64,000 nucleotides of DNA from Pirellulales bacterium (lineage in GTDB: Bacteria > Planctomycetota > Planctomycetia > Pirellulales > Lacipirellulaceae): contig CAVTEK010000016.1 of the NCBI GenBank assembly GCA_963733825.1, positions 29,791-93,790 of the forward strand, given 5' to 3'. The notes under the pieces were generated by a model. The model saw nothing but the letters and a program-made list of their open reading frames with translations. It ran no database searches and had not been told where the DNA came from. Shown here in pieces: positions 27,718-41,413 of the stretch. Made by a program: the position numbers and the translations under genes. How positions within the stretch are numbered: position 1 is the first letter of the stretch; each line of letters starts with the position of its first letter.

Positions 27718-29806
27718 ATGGCTAGGAACGCGGCGGATACTCGCAACATTGCAATTTGCGGGCACGGGTCATCGGGCAAGACAACGCTCGTCGATCACTT
27801 GCTGGTGAAGACGGGCGCGGTTGCCGGTCAGCCCAGCGTCGATAACGGCACGAGCATCTGTGATTTCGACGAGGAAGAGAAGCATCACAAGCATTCGATC
27901 GAGGCTTCGATCGTTCATTTCGATCACGCCGGCTTGCGGTTCAACGTGATCGATACGCCCGGGTATCCCGACCTCATTGGCCAGACGATCGGGGCGCTGC
28001 GCGCCGTGGAAACGGCGCTGATTGCGATCGATGCCCATGCCGGCATCAAGGTCAACACGCGCCGCGTTTGGGAGGAAGCGGGCGACGCCGGGTTGGGCCG
28101 AATCATCTGCATCACGAAACTGGACACCGATAACATCAACTTCGAGCCTCTCATCGATATGATCAAAGAGGTGTTCGGTTCGCAATGTGCGCTATTCAAC
28201 GTGCCGATTGGCCACGGGCACGATTTTAAAGGAGTCGTCAGCACGCTTGATGTTCCGAAGGATACAACGGGTGCATTGATCGATCCGGCTTCGCTCAGCG
28301 AATCGGTCATCGAGTCGATCATCGAGGCCGACGAGGCTGTGATGGAAAAATATCTCGAAGGCGAAATGCCCGCGAAAAGCGAGCTGCAGCGGTTGTGTGC
28401 CGAAGCGGTTCGGCAGGGCACACTTACGCCGATCGTGTGCGTTTCGACGAAGATGGGTATTGGCATCGATGAATTGCTGGCAGTGATTACGCAGGCCTCG
28501 TTGCCGCCGTCGGCCGTGGCGCGCACGGCAAAGAAGGATGGCGACGACGTAACGCTCAAATGCGATGCCGGCTGCGCCGCTGGCGGCCCAGGTTTTCAAG
28601 ACGCGGATTGATCCGTTTGTTCAGCGGTTGAGTTATATCCGCGTGTTTTCCGGCACGCTGAAAAAAGACAGCACCGCGCCGTCGCCCGGCGCGGAAGGGG
28701 ATCAAGATTGGGCCGCTCCTATCCGTGCAGGGTGAAAAGACCGCGCCGGTAGATCAGGCGATCGCCGGCGACATTGTGGCGGTGGCTAAGACCGAGGACT
28801 TGCACACGGGCACGTCGCTCGGTGAGGTCGAGCTGCCGCCGATTAAATTCCCGATGCCCATGGTCGGCCTGGCGGTGGCGCCAAAAGCCCGCGGCGACGA
28901 AACAAAACTGTCTGGCGCCCTTCACAAAATTACAGAAGAGGACCGCACGGTTCGACTGGACCACGACCAGGAAACGAAAGAAATGGTCCTCACTGGCATG
29001 AGCGAGCTGCACCTGCAGCTGCTGCGCGAGCGGCTCAAGCGGCGCGACAAAGTCGAAGTCGAAACGCACGAGCCCAAAATCCCGTATCGCGAAACAATTC
29101 AGTCCAATGCCGAAGGCAGCTACCGGCACAAGAAGCAGTCGGGCGGCTCGGGCCAGTTCGGCGAAGTTCACATTCGCATGTACCCGTTTCCCGAGGGCAC
29201 CAAGCCCGAGGACTTTGCAAATAAGGAACGCTTCCCGCACCTCAAGAACACTCACTACCACGACAAGAACAATTTCCTCTGGGTAGATACGGTGGTGGGC
29301 GGCACGATACCTGGCAACTTCATGCCAGCGATCGAAAAGGGCTTTTTAGAGAAAATCGCGTCGGGCGTCGTTGCCGGTTACCCGGTGCAGAATATTTGCG
29401 TGGAGGTCCATTTCGGCAAAGATCATCCGGTCGATTCCAACGAAACGGCGTTTCGGATCGCCGGCCGGCAGGCGTTTGCCAACGTGTTTCGCGAAGCGAG
29501 ACCAAGCCTGTTGGAACCAATCGTAAAACTGCACATCACTGTACCGGTCGGAAACGTTGGCGATGTGTCGAGCGACCTCTCCGGCCGGCGCGGCCAGATG
29601 GTCGGCATGGACTCGGCGGGCGGTGGTATGACGACCGTCGAAGCGACTTGCCCGCTTGCTGAAGTCATGACATATGCCCGCACGCTCTCCTCGATGACCG
29701 GCGGCCAGGGGAGCTACACGATGGAATTCTGCGCTATGACGTGGTGCCGCCCAACGTTCAGCAGCAGATTATCGCCAAGGCGAAGCTGAAGGTTGAGGAA
29801 GAGTAA
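27718..29806 (+). pseudogene. Elongation factor G paralog (EF-G-like GTPase) with three frameshifts (~28570, ~28685, ~29729)
   Basis: G-domain IAICGHGSSGKTTL, DTPGYPD, TKLD. Domain II APLAAQVFKTRIDPFVQRLSYIRVFSGTL and then ARKGIKIGPLLSVQGEKTAPVDQAIAGDIVAV lie in different frames. The tail RYDVVPPNVQQQIIAKAKLKVEEE* ends at TAA 29804-29806 in yet another frame. Confidence 0.85.
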
Positions 29807-29869
29807 GAGCCTGTATCAAAACCGGAGGCTAGCGCCCTGCGGCTGATGAAATTAGCCGTAACGCGCGTA

Positions 29870-31043
29870 GTGTAGTGCTTTAGAAATACGGGAACTTATT
29901 GGCTGCCGCTGGCGTCTGAATCCTCTGAACATGGAGGATCACGATCATGCGGATTGCAAATCGCCATTGTCTTAACGGATGAAGAGCGAGTTTCGTTGAC
30001 CAAGTGGTCGCGAGGACGCAGCACGCCGACGCGACTGGTGTTGCGAGCAAAGATTGTCCTGGCGGCTGCCGGCGGCCGTGAGAGCAAGGAGATCGCCGCT
30101 ATGCTGGACTGCACGCGACGGACCGTGGGGACGTGGCGTACTCGCTTCGCGGAGTCGCGTCTGGCAGGCATTGAACAGGATGCTCCACGCGGCGGACGCA
30201 CACCCACCAGGCGCGCCTCGTTCGAGGCCGAGATCATCCGCAAGACGACTCAGGAAACGCCACCCCATGCCACGCAGTGGTCGACACGGTCACTGGCCAA
30301 GGCGTTGGGTTGCAGCGATACGATGGTCCAGCGCGTCTGGCGAGACAACGGCCTGCGGCCGCACCGCACAAAATCATTCAAGGTCTCGAACGATCCGCAG
30401 TTCGCTGAAAAGTTGGTCGACGTGGTCGGCCTGTACTTGAATCCTCCCGAGCATGCGCTCGTGCTTTCGTGCGACGAGAAGAGTCAGATTCAAGCGCTCG
30501 ACCGCACGCAGAAGAGCCTGCCGATATATCCCGGCCGGCTGAAGACCCTCACGCACGACTACAAACGCCATGGCACCACCACGCTATTCGCGGCAATCGA
30601 GTTGGCCGCGGGAAAGATCATCGCTGAGTGCATGCCGCGACACCGACACCAGGAATGGATCAAGTTCCTGAGGAAGATCGAGGCGGAAACGCCGCCGGAA
30701 TTGGACCTGCACCTGATTGTTGATAACTATTCCACGCATAAGCATCCCAAGGTCAAGGCCTGGCTCCGGCGGCATCGACGGTTCCACATCCACTTCATCC
30801 CGACAAGCAGTTCGTGGCTCAACGTGATCGAGCGGTGGTTCCGCGACATCACTCACAATCGGATTCGCAACGGCGTCTTCCGCAGCGTTTCCGAGTTGAT
30901 CCAGGCAATTCGCGACTACATCGACCAGCACAACAGCGACCCGACCACGTTCGTGTGGACCAAGAAAGCCGAAGACATTCTGGAGAAAGTCGCCCGCGCT
31001 CGGGCCAGCCTCGATAAGGTCCCATCTGCTTGAAGCACTACAC
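29870..31043 (+). mobile_element. IS630-family insertion sequence, copy 2 (1174 bp)
   Basis: Same IRs as copy 1 (29870-29880 and 31033-31043) with TA flanks at 29868-29869 and 31044-31045. Differs from copy 1 only near the first codons (gcaaatcgcc versus gcaagcgcc) and by one C near the 3' end. Confidence 0.93.
29954..31033 (+). CDS. IS630-family DDE transposase (copy 2)
   Basis: Identical in translation to copy 1 except at the ends. The ATG 29947 frame stops after 11 codons, so the ORF restarts at TTG 29954. C-terminus ..[16 protein letters not shown] looks like the undamaged family tail. Confidence 0.88.
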   Translation: MQIAIVLTDEERVSLTKWSRGRSTPTRLVLRAKIVLAAAGGRESKEIAAMLDCTRRTVGTWRTRFAESRLAGIEQDAPRGGRTPTRRASFEAEIIRKTTQETPPHATQWSTRSLAKALGCSDTMVQRVWRDNGLRPHRTKSFKVSNDPQFAEKLVDVVGLYLNPPEHALVLSCDEKSQIQALDRTQKSLPIYPGRLKTLTHDYKRHGTTTLFAAIELAAGKIIAECMPRHRHQEWIKFLRKIEAETPPELDLHLIVDNYSTHKHPKVKAWLRRHRRFHIHFIPTSSSWLNVIERWFRDITHNRIRNGVFRSVSELIQAIRDYIDQHNSDPTTFVWTKKAEDILEKVARARASLDKVPSA

Positions 31044-31096
31044 TAGCGACCGGTTTCCCGGAATTAGTTCTGTTACAGCCGCTTACTCTTCAACCC

Positions 31097-32038
31097 ATGT
31101 CGCAGCTTCCCTCTCAAGCCGACGCCGCGCGAGCCAAGCTCGATGAGTCGGCTTCGACCGGCATTCGCGCCAGCCTCAAGTCGGTGATCATCAGCATCGC
31201 TTTAGGCGCGGTGAAGGTGATAAGCGGCGTCGTCGGTCACTCGTACGCTCTGATTGCCGACGGCGTCGAATCGATGCTCGATGTAGTCAGCGGCGCCATC
31301 GTGGCGGGAAGCCTCAAGATTGCAGCACAACCGCCGGATGAGCGATATCCGTTCGGTTACGGCAAGGTCGAGCCGGCGGCCGCGGTGGTGATTTCCACAG
31401 CGCTGCTGGCGACCGCGATCGGGATTGCGATCGAGAGCGTTCGCGAGATTCGTGCGCCCGATCCGCACGGGCCAGCGCCATTCACGCTGGCTGTGCTGAT
31501 CGTTGTTGTGGTGACGAAAGAATTGCTGTTTCGGTTTCTGCTTCGCACTGGCGAATCGATCGACAGTAATGCCATGCGGAGCGATGCCTGGCACCACCGG
31601 AGCGATTCGCTGACTTCCGCGGCCGCATTCATCGGAATCTTGATCGCGCTGGCAGGCGGCAAAGGCTATGAGCCGGCCGACGCCTGGGCCGCGCTTTTCG
31701 CGGCCGGCGTCATCGCATTCAATGGCGTGCGACTACTGCGGAAGGCCTGGCGCGAAATCATGGACGCCTCGCTTCCCGAGCGCACGATCGACGACATCCG
31801 CGAAATTGCCCGACGCGTCGATGGTGTAGCCGGAATCGATATGTGCCGGATTCGCAAGAGCGGGCTCGCGCTGTGGGTGGATATCCACGTGGAAGTGGAT
31901 GGCGACATTTCGGTCCGCGAAGGACACGATATATCGCACCGGGTGAAGAACGCACTCTTAGAGTCAGGACATCACGTGATGGACGCGGTAGTCCATATCG
32001 AGCCGGCCGAATCTTCGCAAGCACAGCGAGCGCGTTGA
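31097..32038 (+). CDS. Cation diffusion facilitator family transporter (CzcD/FieF-like)
   Basis: 313 aa, six TM segments. HSYALIADGVESMLDV and HHRSDSLTS metal-site motifs. C-terminal cytoplasmic domain with HVEV..H..H. Confidence 0.88.
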   Translation: MSQLPSQADAARAKLDESASTGIRASLKSVIISIALGAVKVISGVVGHSYALIADGVESMLDVVSGAIVAGSLKIAAQPPDERYPFGYGKVEPAAAVVISTALLATAIGIAIESVREIRAPDPHGPAPFTLAVLIVVVVTKELLFRFLLRTGESIDSNAMRSDAWHHRSDSLTSAAAFIGILIALAGGKGYEPADAWAALFAAGVIAFNGVRLLRKAWREIMDASLPERTIDDIREIARRVDGVAGIDMCRIRKSGLALWVDIHVEVDGDISVREGHDISHRVKNALLESGHHVMDAVVHIEPAESSQAQRAR

Positions 32039-32141
32039 GGCAAGTTCGCGGTCAAAGGTTGGCCGGCGCGACCCAAATATTGTGATTCTCAAAAGGTGTC
32101 GGGTCGCGCACGGCCGTAACCGCCTGTGTCGGGCCTTCCGA

Positions 32142-32196
32142 GAAGGGGACAGGCACATTTTGCTCCGAAGACTCCGCAAAATGAGCCAGTCCCCGG
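32142..32196. repeat. Inverted pair of REP-like GGGGAC elements between convergent genes
   Basis: gaaggggacaggcacattttgc (32142-32163) and gcaaaatgagccagtccccgg (32176-32196). The core AAGGGGAC.GG....ATTTT resembles the repeats bracketing the RAYT-like gene at 59055 and 59837. Confidence 0.65.
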
Positions 32197-32214
32197 CCAT
32201 TTTGTTAGGCACTC

Positions 32215-33732
32215 TTATCGCCGCGAACGTTTCGGCCAGGCGGCCAATACGAATCCGGTGAAAGCCAGGATCAACGTTGCCGGCTCGGGCACGGGCGCGA
32301 GCGTAAGTTTGTAGACGATACCTCCGGTGCCATTGGCCGCCGTGTTGGTAACCATGGCGTAGAGCTCGCCGCTCGAGTCCTGGCCGAAGCCATGGACGGT
32401 GAGGTTGTTGGGGAGAACCGGGATGACGGTGCTGTCGGGCAACGTGTCCGTATCGAATTGCGACGACGTGAAATACTTGATCTGACCGGTGGTCAGGTCG
32501 GCATAAAACAGCCGGCCATCGACTCGCGTGGGTGAGCCGGTTAAGGCGAGGTCGCCAAAGATGTATTTACCATAGAGCTGCGGAATCGCTGTGCCTCGGT
32601 AGACAAAACCGCCAGTGATGGAGATTCCGTCGTTGTGGTCGTATTCCAGGGTTCCAAGCGGTCCGGAGATTGGATCGACCAGCCCGGCCGGACTACCGGG
32701 GCTGTTGGCGCCCACGGCGCCGGTGGTTGAATTGAACAGAAAGGTGCCCTCTTTGGTATTCCAACCATAGTTTTTGCCGATGGTCACGCGATCGATTTCC
32801 TCGATCGTGTTCTGCCCGACATCTGCGACGATCAGGTCGTTCGTCCCGCCGGGCCGGCTATCGAAGGTATAGCGATACGGATTGCGAAAGCCGTAGGCAA
32901 AGATTTCGGGCACCTGCCCAGCGCCTTGAAATGGGTTCGTCGTTGGAATGCGGTACTGGCCATTGGAGCTGACCGGATCTGTGCTGGTGCCAGCGTTGAG
33001 CGTGGGAAGTAGCGGATCGATCCGCAACATCTTGCCCAGTGCGACTCCCAAATTCTGGGCGTTGCCACCGGGCACGTGGCTCGGGCCCACGTCGTTGGCA
33101 TTTCCGCCGTCGCCGGTGGCGAGGTACAGGTAGCCGTCGGGTCCGAAGGCAACGGTGCCACCGTTGTGGTTGCTGGCGTTTTTACCGAACGAGATGATCT
33201 CGCGGCGGGTCGTCGGGTCGACCACGTTGGGATCGGATGCCGACATCTTCCATTCCGTGATGACATTTTCATAGCTGGTCGAGGCGCCGTTGGGCGTGAT
33301 GTAGGTTGGCGACCCACCGGCGGGAACCAGCTGGCTCGAGTAAGTGTAGAGAGTTCGGTAGCCAAGGCTCAACGGATCGTTGAAGCCTGGGTGAAACGCC
33401 AGGCCCAAGAAGCCGCGCTCGTCGTTCGGACTACTTGGCACGAGCGGCGGAGCAACCCGGCTTTGAATGTCGAGCGCGGGAGTTGACAACAAGGAGCCGT
33501 TCTGAATCACGCGCAGCAAGCCGTTCTGTTCCACGACGAACAGGCGATTCGTATCGCCAGGCGCGCTGATGCCGTAATCGGGCGCGGCCAATCCGGTTGC
33601 GATCGGTGTGAGCTGGATTGAAATATCGCCCTGCGGAATGTGGGTCAAGGGAACTGCCTCGACCACAGGAGCGCACAGGCCAATCAGCAAAATACTTGTT
33701 CGAGCCCAACCAATTGTACGTATCGAAATCAT
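32215..33732 (-). CDS. PQQ-dependent sugar dehydrogenase (GSDH/sorbosone dehydrogenase beta-propeller) with C-terminal PEP-CTERM sorting signal
   Basis: 505 aa. Signal peptide, RGFLGLAFHP, NHNGGTVAFGPDGYLYLATGDGG, GFRNPYR. Tail VPEPATLILAFTGFVLAAWPKRSRR. Confidence 0.88.
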   Translation of the reverse strand: MISIRTIGWARTSILLIGLCAPVVEAVPLTHIPQGDISIQLTPIATGLAAPDYGISAPGDTNRLFVVEQNGLLRVIQNGSLLSTPALDIQSRVAPPLVPSSPNDERGFLGLAFHPGFNDPLSLGYRTLYTYSSQLVPAGGSPTYITPNGASTSYENVITEWKMSASDPNVVDPTTRREIISFGKNASNHNGGTVAFGPDGYLYLATGDGGNANDVGPSHVPGGNAQNLGVALGKMLRIDPLLPTLNAGTSTDPVSSNGQYRIPTTNPFQGAGQVPEIFAYGFRNPYRYTFDSRPGGTNDLIVADVGQNTIEEIDRVTIGKNYGWNTKEGTFLFNSTTGAVGANSPGSPAGLVDPISGPLGTLEYDHNDGISITGGFVYRGTAIPQLYGKYIFGDLALTGSPTRVDGRLFYADLTTGQIKYFTSSQFDTDTLPDSTVIPVLPNNLTVHGFGQDSSGELYAMVTNTAANGTGGIVYKLTLAPVPEPATLILAFTGFVLAAWPKRSRR

Positions 33733-34423
33733 CGTTTCCTCCTCGGTTCTTACGGGGTTAAAACTGGCCCGCAGGGAACAGAGAATTACACAGGCATTTC
33801 GGCCCGGCGCGGGTAGAACCGCGCACTATTTGGGAAGCAGGCGCACAGAACCACAATCCTTGCCCAACTCGTTAGAGCGATTCGGCGGGTGTGCGTGTTT
33901 CAGTAGCCGTCGATCCCAATGGCTATTTGCCGCGGCCGGCCCAAGGCGGTCGCGACTTTCGTTCTGTCGCCAAATCCAAAAGCACCTGATTTGTGGCCCA
34001 AGAAAACCAAGACACGCTGGCTGGCCCTGATTGCGACAGGACAAAATTCATCATAAGGGTGAGGAATTGGCCTGTCAATCAAACGCTAGCAATTATCGAT
34101 TCCGATTGCCCAAATAGTACCTGACGGCTTTCGTTCAATCACCGGGGGGCTAATGGCCGAGACAGATTATAGCGGTTTGCAGGTCCGAACCGGCCGGCAT
34201 AGAATTGCGTCCAGAAAAGCATGAGGCACGCTTCCATTTATCATCTGTCGCTTCGCTGCATCTGTACGAGTCCGGCCTAAGGGCCGGACATCCTGCCGCG
34301 CCTGCGCCCATCGATGGGCCATCTTGGTTTCGCCCCTGTAAGTCGTCCCTCGCTCAGATTTTAATTTCCGCAGTCGTCGTGTCCGCTCGCACCGGTCACG
34401 GGGCTAGCGGGGAGTAATCGACC

Positions 34424-35383
34424 ATGGCTACCGATTTCCGGCTTAAAGATCAGCTTCCCAAGCTCACGCAACGAATCGTGCTGACGTACGATGAGGTCGG
34501 GAAAATCAACCACTTGGGCCACTGCCCGCTGCCGAATTACGACGAAATCATCGCCGCCACCAATGACCTGAAGGAAATCCTGTTCCCCGGTTATCGGCGG
34601 CGCGAAGGATTGCACCGCGGCAACGTCGCGTATTACGTGGGCGACCTCGTGGATCGGCTGCACGATCGTTTTACGCAGCAGATTGGCCGCGCTCTGCGAC
34701 ACGAAGCCGGCGCGACCGATGATTGCGATTCCGACCACGATTTCGACGCGCTCGGCCAGGCGAAGACGATGCTCTTCCTCGAGCGGCTACCCGAAGTGCG
34801 CAAGACGCTCGCGACCGATGTCCAGGCGGCCTACGACGGCGACCCGGCGTGCAAATCGCTCGACGAAGTCATTTTTTGCTACCCCGGTTTGGAAGCGATC
34901 ACAGTTTATCGGTTGGCCCACGTGTTGTACGAACTCGATATCCCGTTCATTCCCCGGATGATGACCGAATGGGCCCATGGCCGCACCGGCATCGATATCC
35001 ACCCGGGCGCGAAAATTGCCGAGCACTTTTTCATCGACCACGGCACGGGCGTCGTGATCGGCGAGACGACCGAGATCGGCCAGCACGTGAAGTTGTATCA
35101 AGGCGTGACGCTGGGCGCGCTGAGCTTTGCCACCGATGGCGAAGGCAACCTGGTTCGTGGTCATAAGCGTCATCCGACGCTCGAAGACCGCGTGGTGGTT
35201 TACGCCAATGCGACGATTCTCGGCGGTGAAACGGTGATCGGGCACGATGCGGTTGTCGGCTCCAGCGTGTGGCTCACGCAGGGCGTGGCGCCGTTCACCA
35301 CCGTGGTACTCGAGAAGCCGAAGCTCAAAATGCGAAGCGAGATGGACCTGGCGGTGGGGCCGAAGACGAATTTTCAGATATAG
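34424..35383 (+). CDS. cysE: Serine O-acetyltransferase (long N-terminal form)
   Basis: [29 protein letters not shown], then the hexapeptide region [42 protein letters not shown]. Confidence 0.88.
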   Translation: MATDFRLKDQLPKLTQRIVLTYDEVGKINHLGHCPLPNYDEIIAATNDLKEILFPGYRRREGLHRGNVAYYVGDLVDRLHDRFTQQIGRALRHEAGATDDCDSDHDFDALGQAKTMLFLERLPEVRKTLATDVQAAYDGDPACKSLDEVIFCYPGLEAITVYRLAHVLYELDIPFIPRMMTEWAHGRTGIDIHPGAKIAEHFFIDHGTGVVIGETTEIGQHVKLYQGVTLGALSFATDGEGNLVRGHKRHPTLEDRVVVYANATILGGETVIGHDAVVGSSVWLTQGVAPFTTVVLEKPKLKMRSEMDLAVGPKTNFQI

Positions 35384-35435
35384 GGCCGCAAACGATAAAG
35401 GCGCGGTTTGCCTTTCCACTACGCCCTTCGAAGGC

Positions 35436-36926
35436 TCAGGGTGTGCGACGCGACCGAATTGGGCAGCGATGGCTGCACCCGGCCAAAGCAGCCCCGATGC
35501 CCAATAGTGCTGAAGAAATGGGTTCCGGGATAAGCGGTGATGCATCTGCACCAACGCACCAGGATCGACGACACGACCAACGAACAAAAGACTGCCCGAA
35601 TGGACATCGCGTAGCGCAAATAGGAATGAATGATCGGCATCGAAGATTTTAGGCGGTGGCGGGCCGCAGCCAAAGCAACCGGTGACTCCATAGATAGTTA
35701 CTGCCGTCGCCGCAGCTGCTTCAGTTCCTTCTTCATCGACGTTAATGAACGCCTTGTGCAGCACGCCTCCGATGTAGAGTTTCTCGTTCGTTGGATCGGC
35801 GATTCCGCTGAGGTCGGCCAGGTGTTTGTCAAATGCGTCGGTCATTCCGAGCGAAGCGAGCGCACCATTGAGGCCGAACGAGCTATCGAACGAAAACTTC
35901 GGCAAAGAAACATTCACTTCTGTTTGATGGAGGCGCGGATAGCGCGGCGGTCCATTCGTTCGAATTGAGCGACGCTTCCAATTTGCCGAGCCCGTCTCGA
36001 TCCGTTGGAAGCATTAACACCATCGACAGATCGTCGCCGGCATAAGGAAGCTCCAGCATCTGGTAACCAGGCCGTTCGGCGTAGCCGAAGTATTGCTGCT
36101 GCCGCATCATGGACACTTGCGCTTGGCCTGCGCTACCTCCGTAGAACGGTAGATTTGTCGTTGCAGTCTTTTCGAACGGGTATTTCCAGGAGCCGTTGAA
36201 ATACGTTGCGTTTGTTAGTACAAGTCGTGTCGACCCGTCGATCGATCCCTGCGGTAGCAGATCGTGGATCTTGTGGTTGGTGTTTTCTTCGACCCACTGG
36301 TTGATATGTTTGCGAGTTTCGTCGGGACCGAAATTGACTGGTTCCAGCGGCGCTGTAATCGCTTCCCGTGATATCCAGGAACGGTTTCTTGAAATCGTAG
36401 CCGTATTGTCCAAACAGCCGGTTGGCAATATCCAGCTGGTATCCGTCTCGGGGGGCAGTGAGATCGCGCAACAATTCACCAAAAGCGGGATGCAGGCGGT
36501 CGTCTGGCAAGGTGAATCCGAGTACCGCGGCCATTTGTTGGGCCGTCTGGCCACGGGCTCCGGCGTATGTCATTGCCAAAGCCGCTGAAATGCTAAATGG
36601 CGATACCAAGACGTTCTCAGTCGGCTTGGCATCGGAAGACAGATGCTGATAGATGTTCCAGGCGAATTGATTGTTTCCCGCGACTAGGGCGGCGGCGTCA
36701 GCAGAAAGCGGCGCACGTTGCGTGCGGTTGAACCAGTGAGACCTGTCCCGGCGACGCAGTAGGCGCAAACTGGAAGGACATGCCGGCGGGCAATTGCAGC
36801 ACACCAAAACCTTCGACGAAGAACGGAGGGAACGTATCGTCGGCCAATGCAACACGCGTGGCGATGTTTCCAACCGCTGCAAGAGCGAGCACGGCGCAGA
36901 ATCAGCGCGATCGATGTGCGGCGCAT
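35436..36926 (-). pseudogene. Serpin (serine protease inhibitor) with signal peptide and PEP-CTERM tail, broken by at least five frameshifts
   Basis: The pieces sit in different frames: MRRTSIALIL / CAVLALAAVG..; LVAGNNQFAWNIYQ..VLVSPFSISAALAMTYAGARG; INQWVEENTNHKI..LTNATYFNGSWKYPF; VNVSLPKFSF..VDEEGTEAAAATAV (reactive loop)..FDADHSFLFALRD..LLFVGRVVDP; then PLIPEPISSALLGIGAALAG..RSRR ending at TGA 35436-35438. Approximate junctions: 36895, 36715, 36340, 35905, 35545. Confidence 0.8.
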
Positions 36927-37080
36927 GAAAATCGTCTCCAACGCTCAAAGTTGCGATTATTGAGCAACCGCAACTTGGGCAGGCCATTGTAGCGAATATC
37001 TTGGCCAAAACTCAGACCAAATGGGCAGCCGCTGTTGCTACCATTCTGCGCTGCTGGCTATGAAGTCGCGCGGCGGCCGC

Positions 37081-37806
37081 CTATCGCACCGTCGTCGGAT
37101 GAACAGCCCGCATCGCGGCGGCCGTTTTGCGCTTGCGATGAAGTTGGGCGGCCAGTTTGCGACGCGTGAGCCATTTCAGGCCCGTTCCATCCACTCGCAC
37201 GTCTTCCAGCTCCGGCAGCCATTGGACAATGTGCAGCGCTTCCCACGTAATCGGCGTGCGGCTGAGGTCGAGCTCGTGGAGCCGGCGGAAGACGCTGAGC
37301 TGCTTGATCGAGGCGTCTGAAACTCCGCAACCGGCCAGATCGAGCCGGCGAAGTTCTAACAACTGATCGCGATGGCTGACGAGGTACTCGACGAATTCAT
37401 CGCCGTTCACCGCGTCGTGAACGCGGATGGCGAGAATCTTTTCCGTCAGTTCGGCAAAGTCGCCGAACGATTTCTGCAACCAATCAAGTGCGTCGGTTTC
37501 AACCTCCGCACCGAAAGCTTTCAGCCAGTCAATGACTTCTTGCACGGCCAGATACTCGTCCATGCGCTTGGCGATCCAGCCGCGCCGGTCGCCGCGGAAT
37601 TTTACATATTCCTTGGCCTGCATGTAGGCGACTTGAATATCGTAAAAGGGCTGCGGGTCGCCGCCCAAATCGGGACGGATATCCTTAATGCGAGCCAGAT
37701 ACGCCTTCTCCACGTCGTCGGCCATGTACGGCGGCATGAGGCCGAGTTTTACCATGAACTGCGGGCGGTCGATCTCTTTTGCGGGTCGGGCCGGATTGGG
37801 GGGCAT
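37081..37806 (-). CDS. J-domain-like / leucine-rich-repeat protein
   Basis: 241 aa. N-terminus VEKAYLARIKDIRPDLGGDPQPFYDIQVAYMQAKEYV is J-domain-like with RPD in place of HPD. C-terminus holds LRR units (LRRLDLAGCGVSDASIKQLSVFRRLHELDLSRTPIT). Confidence 0.65.
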   Translation of the reverse strand: MPPNPARPAKEIDRPQFMVKLGLMPPYMADDVEKAYLARIKDIRPDLGGDPQPFYDIQVAYMQAKEYVKFRGDRRGWIAKRMDEYLAVQEVIDWLKAFGAEVETDALDWLQKSFGDFAELTEKILAIRVHDAVNGDEFVEYLVSHRDQLLELRRLDLAGCGVSDASIKQLSVFRRLHELDLSRTPITWEALHIVQWLPELEDVRVDGTGLKWLTRRKLAAQLHRKRKTAAAMRAVHPTTVR

Positions 37807-37810
37807 GGCG

Positions 37811-37845
37811 GTTGGTTGTTAGTTGTTGGTTGTCCGTTGCCGGTT
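37811..37845. repeat. Five degenerate tandem heptamers (GTTGGTT GTTAGTT GTTGGTT GTCCGTT GCCGGTT)
   Basis: Read directly, between the mocA-like 3' end and the J-like gene start. Confidence 0.8.
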
Positions 37846-37893
37846 GCCATCTTAGCAGGAAACTTGGCGACAGTTGATAGACGGCATGTTGTT

Positions 37894-38485
37894 TCAGTCG
37901 AGATCGGCCGGTGTATCGATGTCGCGAATAGTTGTGGGGTCGTCGACCGGGACGCGAACGCACAATTCAGGATGATCGAGCCAAAACTGGCCGAGTCCGG
38001 CCGGGCACTTGGCCTCTAACAGAAGTGCCGCGACGCCGGGTGGGATTAAAACCGGATGGCCGCCGCGGCTCGGCGTACTCGGGAATGATCGTTTCGGCTG
38101 ACCGCTTGAGCGACCAGTCTGTAAGGATGTTGAGCGTCGAGGGGGCGACCTCGGGGTGGTCGCCCGGTTGGAGGACGACCGTTGCTTTGGAATCGATTTG
38201 CTGCGCCGCGCGGAGGCCGGCGCGGATCGATTCGAACATGGGCGCGTCTGAGCTGCTCTCGACGCGATGAAACGGGCGGCTGCCGAGGGCGGCAGCGACT
38301 TCGGCGGCACTGTGGCCGAGAACGACGACCATTTCGTGGCAGATGGGTTGTATCGCGTCGTACGTGGCGGCGATCATCGGCAGCGGACCGGCGGCGGTGG
38401 GCCAAGAGATAAGTTGTTTTTTGCCGCCCATGCGACCGCCGCGCCCGGCGGCGAGAATGACACCGATGCGGCGAGGCGATTCCAT
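37894..38485 (-). pseudogene. mocA: MobA/MocA-family molybdenum cofactor nucleotidyltransferase, frameshift near 38066
   Basis: IGVILAAGRGGRMGGKKQL (NTP-transferase loop) in ORF 37967-38485. After ..IIPEYAEPR the family-typical GGHPVLIPPGV..DIDTPADLD* continues in ORF 37894-38310. Confidence 0.75.
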
Positions 38486-38490
38486 ACGGC

Positions 38491-38562
38491 GTAGCTGAAT
38501 TCGCCATAATTCAGAATGGATTAATTCAAATGATGCGGCTGAATTCTGGCGAATTCAGCTAC
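38491..38562. repeat. Perfect 15-bp inverted repeat GTAGCTGAATTCGCC / GGCGAATTCAGCTAC with internal GAATTCAG words
   Basis: Arms at 38491-38505 and 38548-38562, read directly. Confidence 0.8.
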
Positions 38563-38585
38563 GAACAATCAGCGAAGCGCGGAAT

Positions 38586-38646
38586 GGAGCCCGCAGCGCG
38601 AGCAAGGGAGGCGTCGACCAAAACCCTTGCTTGCGCTGCGGGCTCC
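38586..38646 (-). terminator. 23-bp stem hairpin directly after the xdhD-like stop
   Basis: ggagcccgcagcgcgagcaaggg (38586-38608) and cccttgcttgcgctgcgggctcc (38624-38646), 22/23 complementary. No clear U-tract. Confidence 0.55.
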
Positions 38647-38655
38647 AATTCGTTC

Positions 38656-41413
<2,758 letters not shown>

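Noticed and set aside
34787-35435. C-terminal ~160 aa of ORF 34787-35917, which would make a 376-aa protein overlapping all of cysE in antisense
   Set aside because: Serpin homology ends at ..GRVVDP (~35555), and the PEP-CTERM tail plus stop (35436-35438) lie in another frame. The long read-through is an artefact of a frameshift plus a stop-poor antisense frame.
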